Program-made: the position numbers and the translations under genes | Source of the DNA: an uncultured virus (IMG/VR IMGVR_UViG_3300044679_000029) | Taxonomy: Duplodnaviria > Heunggongvirae > Uroviricota > Caudoviricetes | Strand: one strand, 5' to 3' | DNA length: 64,000 bases | Virus record (IMG/VR): IMGVR_UViG_3300044679_000029 | Span: 1-64,000 of that record | Notes under the pieces: model-generated | What the model was told of the DNA's origin: nothing | What the model saw: the letters and a program-made list of their open reading frames with translations, nothing else | Databases searched by the model: none | In this document: in pieces, positions 57,481 through 64,000 of the stretch | Layout of the letters: every line of letters begins with the position of its first letter | Position numbering within the stretch: the first letter of the stretch is position 1

Positions 57481-58467
57481 TTATCGTCTATACCCGAGAT
57501 TATCGACTAAGATATTTTGAAGATCACGAGGCATGCCAGGTAACTCTCGGCCTAACGCGTCCGGGTCCAAATCGCCGTCTGGTGCCACGGAATTCTGAAA
57601 ATCTTCTCCGAAAATATCGCCGTACAGTTCAGGTGGTGAACCAAGTAATCTAGACATACCCACGTCTCGACCACCCACATTAACTTGCTCTTCCGCCAAT
57701 TTTGAAGTATTAAAAATAGTTAATACCGCATCCGGAATTGAGTGGCCATAAAACCTTTCAACTTCTGACTTTTCGTCTAGTTCTGAGATACTCTGAGCCA
57801 GCTTAACAAGGGACTTGCGATCGTGACTTTCAGTAATTTTAACGCTAGCTAGTTTATCTGCCATATCGCGATAGGCTATTGAATTAGCCTCGTTGTTGGC
57901 AATCATAGACCTTACCTCAAGCCAGTCTCTCACGGCTGTGAGATCTGAACGGACGCATCCTGACAACTTCTCCACAGCAACATTTACTGGCACATTCAAC
58001 TGTGCAGCCTTCGTCATTAGTCGAACGGCCGCCTGAACTCGTTGCGCGACTGGCATCGTAGTGGCTTCCGCGATAGCCTCAGAAGCTAGCTTAACGGTTT
58101 CAGCGTCCTTAACAGCCCAACGCTTTTCATCTGGCAGCAAATAAAATTTATCATCTATAGCAGCAGCAGTTTTAATAGTTGGGATTGCAATACCGTAAAT
58201 ATCGCAGGCTTCCTTTACGGCAAGCTTAATAGAATCCGGAACAGACGGGTCAGTCGCATACAAATATGACAGGGCGGCGTGCGCTGATTCATGAATAGGA
58301 AACTTACGACCATTCTGGTCGGCGAATGCGGAATCAGGTAAATTATCATATTCATCTGGTCCGACAGAAGCTGTCTTAATAAGTTCGCTAGCATCGGGAT
58401 AAGACTTAAGTAAAGATGCTAACCGACGAAAACTGGGGTCTGAAAACTGATCTGTTAGATTAGGCAT
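57481..58467 (-). CDS. putative head-associated protein
   Basis: LPDSAFA...RKFPIH motif; KTAS/KTAA/KLAS sites; CTATTATT upstream. Confidence 0.55.
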   Translation of the reverse strand: MPNLTDQFSDPSFRRLASLLKSYPDASELIKTASVGPDEYDNLPDSAFADQNGRKFPIHESAHAALSYLYATDPSVPDSIKLAVKEACDIYGIAIPTIKTAAAIDDKFYLLPDEKRWAVKDAETVKLASEAIAEATTMPVAQRVQAAVRLMTKAAQLNVPVNVAVEKLSGCVRSDLTAVRDWLEVRSMIANNEANSIAYRDMADKLASVKITESHDRKSLVKLAQSISELDEKSEVERFYGHSIPDAVLTIFNTSKLAEEQVNVGGRDVGMSRLLGSPPELYGDIFGEDFQNSVAPDGDLDPDALGRELPGMPRDLQNILVDNLGYRR

Positions 58468-58566
58468 TTAAGGCTCCTTACAACGATATACAATAATAGG
58501 ATGTAGGTATCACAGGTATTATGGCCCCGTTTCGAACAGAAGTCAACTAATAACAAAGGTATTTTA

Positions 58567-60048
58567 ATGGCAGACGAAAAGACAGATATTGTTGTAGCAC
58601 CGCCACAAGAAGAGACTAAGATCGACCATGGGGATATGCCAACCATCCATGATATTCTTGGATATCTCATTATGACCCGCGGAAACGAGTCTTTCTACGC
58701 AAATATGCTCAGCCGATTGAAGATTCGCGAAGAGCGACAAATCCCTTCGATCATGGGTGTTTCGTGGGAGGGTAATGGATACTGCCTTCTGTATAATCCA
58801 GACTATCAGGCTACCGAAGTTATGACTATGCAGCCGGGTGAGCGCCTGACTTATCTGAAGAGTGTAGTCGCGCACGAAGCCATGCATATTCTGCTGAACC
58901 ACATTCCTCGTATGGCTCGGATGGCATCGATTTTGCCGACAGCCAAGTCACGTACATTGTTTGCGCCAACCGTTCCTGATCGTAGTGGAAAACCGACGTA
59001 TACGATTCAGAACATTGCAACGGACGCAGCGGTCAATGAAAATCTTGCTCCGTCTTTCCCGAACATTGGAAATAGTAAACAGGGCTGGGTTCTTCCTGGA
59101 ACTATTGGTGCGCCTGAGAAGTGCACCGCTGAACAATATGCCGAACTTCTTTTGTCTAAGACTCCGTCGATGACTACGCAGCAGCTTGCGCAGATGATTC
59201 AGGACGCTCTGGAACGAAAGAAAAATAAGGCCAACGGGCAGGGTAAGGGGCAGCAGGGTAAGGGTGATAAGCAAGGGCCGCCACAGAACGGTAAGGGCCA
59301 GCAGGGTGGAAATGGTCAGGGCGGCTTCGACGTATCTCACGAAGGAGCGCACGACGATTGGGCGTCAAAGCTCGATGAAATGACTCCTGAAGAGCTAGAG
59401 AATATGGCCCAGACTCTCGAACAAGAGTCGCAGCGTCTTGTTAACGAGGTTGCTCGTACGTGCGGCAATATTCCTGGGGAGATTCAGGAAATCTTGTCGC
59501 GGCTCGAAAAGGCCGGAGAAGTTCCGTGGCACCGGCTGCTCAAAAATCAGATCGTCAATAAGATCCAGTCCAAGAAGAAGCGCAGTCTACAACGTAGTAA
59601 CCGCCGCAGTGGCAGTGGCGGAGGTTGTCTATACCCCGGGCGAGTTCCTGAGTTTAACTTCAGGATCAAGTGGGGCGTAGATGAATCTGGCTCAATGTCC
59701 GATACTGCTTTGGCAGCCGGTCTTGTCGAAATGCAGAATTTGATTCGACAATTTCCTGGTGTTGAAGTCGAGGTCGTTGAGTTTGACTGTAAGATTGATC
59801 GTATTTATACGGTCAATAAGAAGTCTGAAATTAAGTATGACGCGATGGGTAGAGGTGGAACTAGCTTCGACCCGTTCTTTGAGTATGTTGCCGAAAAAGG
59901 CGGTGCCGATTTCGTTGTCATATTCACTGATGGTTTTGCACCTGCGCCACAAACTCGCCCAAAAGTCCCGCTGATTTGGTGTCTCACAGCCAATGGGGAA
60001 TGTCCCTGCCCAGAGTACGGGAAGCAAATTCGTATCAGCGAGGGTTAA
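58567..60048 (+). CDS. metallopeptidase-like (HExxH) + vWA domain protein
   Basis: HEAMH, NIATDAAVN, DESGSM MIDAS, GGTSF, FTDG. Confidence 0.88.
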   Translation: MADEKTDIVVAPPQEETKIDHGDMPTIHDILGYLIMTRGNESFYANMLSRLKIREERQIPSIMGVSWEGNGYCLLYNPDYQATEVMTMQPGERLTYLKSVVAHEAMHILLNHIPRMARMASILPTAKSRTLFAPTVPDRSGKPTYTIQNIATDAAVNENLAPSFPNIGNSKQGWVLPGTIGAPEKCTAEQYAELLLSKTPSMTTQQLAQMIQDALERKKNKANGQGKGQQGKGDKQGPPQNGKGQQGGNGQGGFDVSHEGAHDDWASKLDEMTPEELENMAQTLEQESQRLVNEVARTCGNIPGEIQEILSRLEKAGEVPWHRLLKNQIVNKIQSKKKRSLQRSNRRSGSGGGCLYPGRVPEFNFRIKWGVDESGSMSDTALAAGLVEMQNLIRQFPGVEVEVVEFDCKIDRIYTVNKKSEIKYDAMGRGGTSFDPFFEYVAEKGGADFVVIFTDGFAPAPQTRPKVPLIWCLTANGECPCPEYGKQIRISEG

Positions 60049-60060
60049 TAAAACCAGATG

Positions 60061-60097
60061 AAAGCTGGCGGTGGTAATAATACTGCCGCCAGCTTTT
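60061..60097 (+). terminator. intrinsic terminator
   Basis: AAAGCTGGCGG...CCGCCAGCTTTT. Confidence 0.65.
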
Positions 60098-60465
60098 CGT
60101 CTACAACTAGCGAGGTACATTTCATCGTGAGTGGAGAAATCCACAATCATAGTAGCATTACTGTAACAACGAATATCCCTAAGCCGATGTATAATCGATT
60201 TCGCGTCTTAGTATTCAAGGCAAAAGTAGAAGGCTGGAAGTCTGTTTATGGGCTACCAGCAGAAGCAGTTTCTGATACTCAAAAGTATGAGTATGTTCAT
60301 AAGAAGCTCTGCTTTTATCAAAAGCTCAACCCAGAATCTAGAAAGATTGCCAGGATGCTGGCTAAGGTTGAAGCGACTAAGCCCAACGAGGGCTAAAAAG
60401 CTAAAAAGCCCGGAGACCTTAAATGGTCTCTGGGCTTGGAAGCTTTCAGGATTAATTTTTTTAGA

Positions 60466-61425
60466 TTAACTTAGGGTAGTACCAACATTGGTTACTAGAC
60501 CCCAAACCAGTCCGCTGGACTTACTAATTGCCTCTAGAACAACAAACTGTCCGACAGCAGTGAAATCGATATGAGTATGTGCGTTATCGAACTCTGCGGC
60601 GACAGTAACAGTCCGAGTTCCAGAGCCAACTGTATTTGCGCTAATAATCATCTTCTGACCGATAAACGTGGGAATCGCCAGAGTATTAGTTTCTGGTCCT
60701 GCGGAACCGATTGTGAGAGCAACGTTAGCAGAACGAGTTACACCGATTGCTGCGCCAGTCCCTGGGTCTGCGAGTGTTAGCGGGATATAGTGCTTAAGAG
60801 CGTCAATGCCAGCCTGAACTGTGGACGGGCTGCCGACCGAGGCAACGAAGGTGGTGTCGTTATATGTGGTGCCTGCAGCAGAAGCAGAGGTAGCGGTCTG
60901 AGTAAAAGTTAGATTGGTAGTACCAACCACAATCGGATTCTTTGTGGTTAGAAGCCACTGAGTTCCAGCATACGTAGTGCCTTCCATAACAGTTACAGTC
61001 TCACCTGCAGATACTGAACTCTCACCGTTAGGACCGACAAGTCGTGTCCAGGTTCCGGTCGAGGCGACGTAAAGACCATTGGCTGGAGCGGAAGCCTGAT
61101 CTGTTAGAAGAACGATATCACCAGCCGCGATAGCACCAGTATCGACGGCGGAAAGCCCGTTGGTAGCAAGATTGATTGCGGCGGCGGCTACATACCTGGC
61201 TACGTAAGCGGTACCTGAGCTGGTAAAGTAGTCGATCGTGCCGGCAGCGGCTAGAGCATCTAGACCGCCCTGCATATTAGCGAAAGTCGCCTCTGTGAGT
61301 GGTGTAGAAACAGTAGTACTAGCGGGAACAGTAATTACTGTCGCTGTCTGGTCATACCCGGTCGGGTCCGATACGACAACTTCCGATGTCGCTAGGTTCT
61401 TAATAAATAAGGTAGTAGTGGACAT
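60466..61425 (-). CDS. virion structural/fibre-related protein
   Basis: GD.VLL.DQ....NGLY.....WTR...V.EGT..AGTQW motif common in tail-fibre/decoration proteins. Confidence 0.7.
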   Translation of the reverse strand: MSTTTLFIKNLATSEVVVSDPTGYDQTATVITVPASTTVSTPLTEATFANMQGGLDALAAAGTIDYFTSSGTAYVARYVAAAAINLATNGLSAVDTGAIAAGDIVLLTDQASAPANGLYVASTGTWTRLVGPNGESSVSAGETVTVMEGTTYAGTQWLLTTKNPIVVGTTNLTFTQTATSASAAGTTYNDTTFVASVGSPSTVQAGIDALKHYIPLTLADPGTGAAIGVTRSANVALTIGSAGPETNTLAIPTFIGQKMIISANTVGSGTRTVTVAAEFDNAHTHIDFTAVGQFVVLEAISKSSGLVWGLVTNVGTTLS

Positions 61426-61494
61426 AAGGCGTGCTCCTCCAAAAGACTTTGTACATTAAATTTAGGATAGGCTGGTTTCTTAGCCAACTACCTT

Positions 61495-62619
61495 TTAACT
61501 AAGGCTAGCTGCTGGATTACCAGGATCAAAATCTGGGCAAACTGCTACTACAGCCGCTAACGCCGAGTTAGCCATATTTTGAGCTGCTATAAGATTCTGG
61601 GCTGTTATAGCGGCATTAGCAGCGGCCGAGTTAAAACTATTGGTCGTAGACTGTACAGCAGACTGGGCTGCCTGGATAGCCGTTGTTACGGCCGTGGTAG
61701 CTGGAATGAACGGCGTAGCCGGAAAAGCAGCGTCTAATACTTTATAGAGATTTACAATCGTTGTCGACCCGCCTGCGGGCTGAAAAATCTGCAATGCATT
61801 AGAAAGATCAGTCTGTGCCGGAGACGTAGGAAAATTCGGTAAATCCTGTATGACACTATACATAAACGTTGCTAATTGACTAAATAAATCAGTACCTACG
61901 CGCGTAGATACCGTAACAGGAAATCCGGCCGGTGGCGTGCCCAGGTCGGCTAACGCAGCTGTTATCTGTGTCTCTAGTTCTTCCTGGTTATCTAGGAGTG
62001 CGGTCGCTGCTGCGGACAATGGTGCAACGACATTCGTATTTATATTCGTTACTACACTAAGTAAATTCTGTGCATTAGTTAAATTAGATTGACTTTGTGC
62101 CAAGGTAGCCGCCGCAGTCGTAGCAGACGTCTGTGCTGTAACTACACTATTCTGAGCAGTTTGCCAAGTAGTAATAAGACCAGATAAGATCGACGGGTCA
62201 GATGTTGGATAGTAAACTGTAGAGGGTGTAAGAGTCTGAAACGAAGTAGAGAATGCCTCATAAGCGTTGACTAACGCATCAATATTATTGTTTAAGCTAG
62301 TCTGTCCAGCCGTAGCAGTATTTACGTCGTTAAACGTAATAGTCATCTGTGGCGTACGATAATACGTTTGTCCTGCCGCTATAGCGTTCCAGCGGCTTAG
62401 ACCGTATCCGCCACTAGTAATGGCACCGTAATCTGATAGCGTTGCGACTCGTGTAAACGTATCTGTTGTTGGGTCAGCATTAGCACCGATCTGATACAGA
62501 AAAAATCCGTTATCCGGAAGTGTTCCGGCGTTAGTAACGACCGCCACTATTTGAAGCAGTGTTCCATTTACGCCGGCTATAGCCGTTCTAGTTTGTGATA
62601 CTGTAGCAGAGCTTGACAT
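61495..62619 (-). CDS. virion structural protein with coiled-coil segments
   Basis: A/T/Q-rich heptads; N-terminal domain similar to 62622..62975. Confidence 0.55.
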   Translation of the reverse strand: MSSSATVSQTRTAIAGVNGTLLQIVAVVTNAGTLPDNGFFLYQIGANADPTTDTFTRVATLSDYGAITSGGYGLSRWNAIAAGQTYYRTPQMTITFNDVNTATAGQTSLNNNIDALVNAYEAFSTSFQTLTPSTVYYPTSDPSILSGLITTWQTAQNSVVTAQTSATTAAATLAQSQSNLTNAQNLLSVVTNINTNVVAPLSAAATALLDNQEELETQITAALADLGTPPAGFPVTVSTRVGTDLFSQLATFMYSVIQDLPNFPTSPAQTDLSNALQIFQPAGGSTTIVNLYKVLDAAFPATPFIPATTAVTTAIQAAQSAVQSTTNSFNSAAANAAITAQNLIAAQNMANSALAAVVAVCPDFDPGNPAASLS

Positions 62620-62621
62620 GA

Positions 62622-62975
62622 TTAACCTGAATACGTGTTTGTTAGGGTGCCGGGGAATGTACCGGCAGCTTCGGTATATAAGTCTACAAGGCTTGCTACC
62701 CGCTGCTGCATGGCTGTGATATTATTTTCTGCGTCTTGAAGATTAGAGAATACTTGGGTTACTGTGGATAGGCGATAATAACCTTGCCCTGGTGTTGGGG
62801 ATGTTGGAAAATTATTTACATCGAATAAAGTTGAAACATGCCAGAACTTATTCGTGGTGTAATCAAACGTAAAGATCTGGGGCGGCATAGAACTATCTGG
62901 TGACGTAGCTGTACTAACTGTTTGATAGCCGCCAGCAATTATCGTATTTACTTGGACTAAAGTAATTTCAGCCAT
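62622..62975 (-). CDS. virion structural protein
   Basis: F.(H/R)V.TL.D...YYR motif shared with the downstream gene. Confidence 0.55.
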   Translation of the reverse strand: MAEITLVQVNTIIAGGYQTVSTATSPDSSMPPQIFTFDYTTNKFWHVSTLFDVNNFPTSPTPGQGYYRLSTVTQVFSNLQDAENNITAMQQRVASLVDLYTEAAGTFPGTLTNTYSG

Positions 62976-62977
62976 GA

Positions 62978-63889
62978 TTAACTTCCAGAGAGATTATAGC
63001 CAGTGACGCCTAGAAGACTGCCGCCGCCCACGAGCAAAGATTGTGATTCCTGATTGAGTAGCGAACTAACTAGAGACTGGACAGATATAGAGTGTGCTAA
63101 AGCCGAATTAGCGGAACTGTAGTAGCTACAGAAATTCGAGTCTAAGAATATAGTACTGTTGCCATAGTCGCTGCGGGTGATAACAGCGTCAGTAATCGTA
63201 TTAACGCCACCATTCCAGGTTAACTTTGAACCAGTAGCATCCGGGCTTGACCAAACACTAATATCGGTTGGAAATGGGGAAGACGAAGTTATGAACGGAA
63301 TTGAGCTAGATAGGGTTGTTGAGGCTGAAGCGGTGCCTTGAGCAGATAAGTTCATTCCTGATACTGAAGTTGGGGGTGGAATATTTAGAATACAAGATGG
63401 AAAAAAGCTCGCCCCAACACGGCCGCCAACAGGCCCAAATTGCGGTATGATTTGGGTAGCCGGGCTATAGGATAATACATTGAATGTATCCTGATACGAA
63501 ATTATACCGGTCGTCCGTGGCGCTAGTGTTCCCTGATACGCGTAGGGCAGATCTGATGGAGTCCCGATCGAATACGTTACTGTTTGTCCGGTTTCAGTTG
63601 GACCGAGAGGAAAGTAGTTTGGGGGTGCTAGATTAATAGCATTGGCAAGCGATAGCGAATTTGTCGCGATAGGAATTAGTAGTGGACTACCAGAATTGTA
63701 TGTTCCGTAGCCACCAGTAATTTTAATAAACGCGTTAGTGGGTATAACGAGACTATTTAATGCACCAGCCTGATCAGTAAATTTTGTGGCGTTTAATATT
63801 GAATTCCATGTCGCTGGGTATGTATTAAACTTTATGGATGCTGGTGTTAAACTTGCGGCATACAAATATTGCCACGCTGAAGACGCCAT
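62978..63889 (-). CDS. virion structural protein
   Basis: S/T-rich; lies in the structural operon. Confidence 0.5.
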   Translation of the reverse strand: MASSAWQYLYAASLTPASIKFNTYPATWNSILNATKFTDQAGALNSLVIPTNAFIKITGGYGTYNSGSPLLIPIATNSLSLANAINLAPPNYFPLGPTETGQTVTYSIGTPSDLPYAYQGTLAPRTTGIISYQDTFNVLSYSPATQIIPQFGPVGGRVGASFFPSCILNIPPPTSVSGMNLSAQGTASASTTLSSSIPFITSSSPFPTDISVWSSPDATGSKLTWNGGVNTITDAVITRSDYGNSTIFLDSNFCSYYSSANSALAHSISVQSLVSSLLNQESQSLLVGGGSLLGVTGYNLSGS

Positions 63890-64000
63890 TGCGTTTAGAG
63901 GATTAGGATTTAGAACATTTAAGTCGTTAGGAGAAGCTATTCGGAGTAGAACTTCTATTGGTCCGTCTACACTTCCAGTCCTTAGAATAACGAAGCTATT

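Noticed and set aside
1-64000. Alternative genetic code (stop-codon reassignment)
   Set aside because: Long conserved genes are intact in the standard code, TAA, TAG and TGA all end genes, and the only tRNA seen is Leu(CAA), not a suppressor.

Overview
This 64-kb window comes from a large tailed bacteriophage. The minus strand carries mostly virion genes: an HK97-fold major capsid protein, a prohead protease, many internal proteins rich in K-x-A motifs, a terminase, and fibre or decoration proteins. It also carries a phage multisubunit RNA polymerase split unusually into a beta + N-terminal beta' fusion and a separate C-terminal beta' gene. The plus strand carries the portal, SNF2 helicase, two PD-(D/E)xK nucleases, a lysozyme, a family A DNA polymerase with a UDG-like N-terminus, a MoxR AAA ATPase/vWA-peptidase pair, and islands of small genes. 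A sigma70-family factor gene lies on the minus strand among the replication genes. Three promoter classes are readable: TGGTATAAG (8 copies, all plus strand), TTGACW-17-TATACT, and CTATWWTT, which often sits 5-7 nt before an ATG and suggests leaderless late mRNAs. The most unusual region is 34.0-38.9 kb. It holds a divergent ribosomal protein S12 gene and a tRNA-Leu. It also holds a ~650-nt hairpin-rich non-coding region under its own promoter, followed by five paralogous mini-genes joined by an identical 42-bp linker. The mini-genes are built from 33-nt units whose variation is biased to adenine positions, and further structured non-coding sequence follows them. All calls rest on motif recognition by eye; no searches were run.
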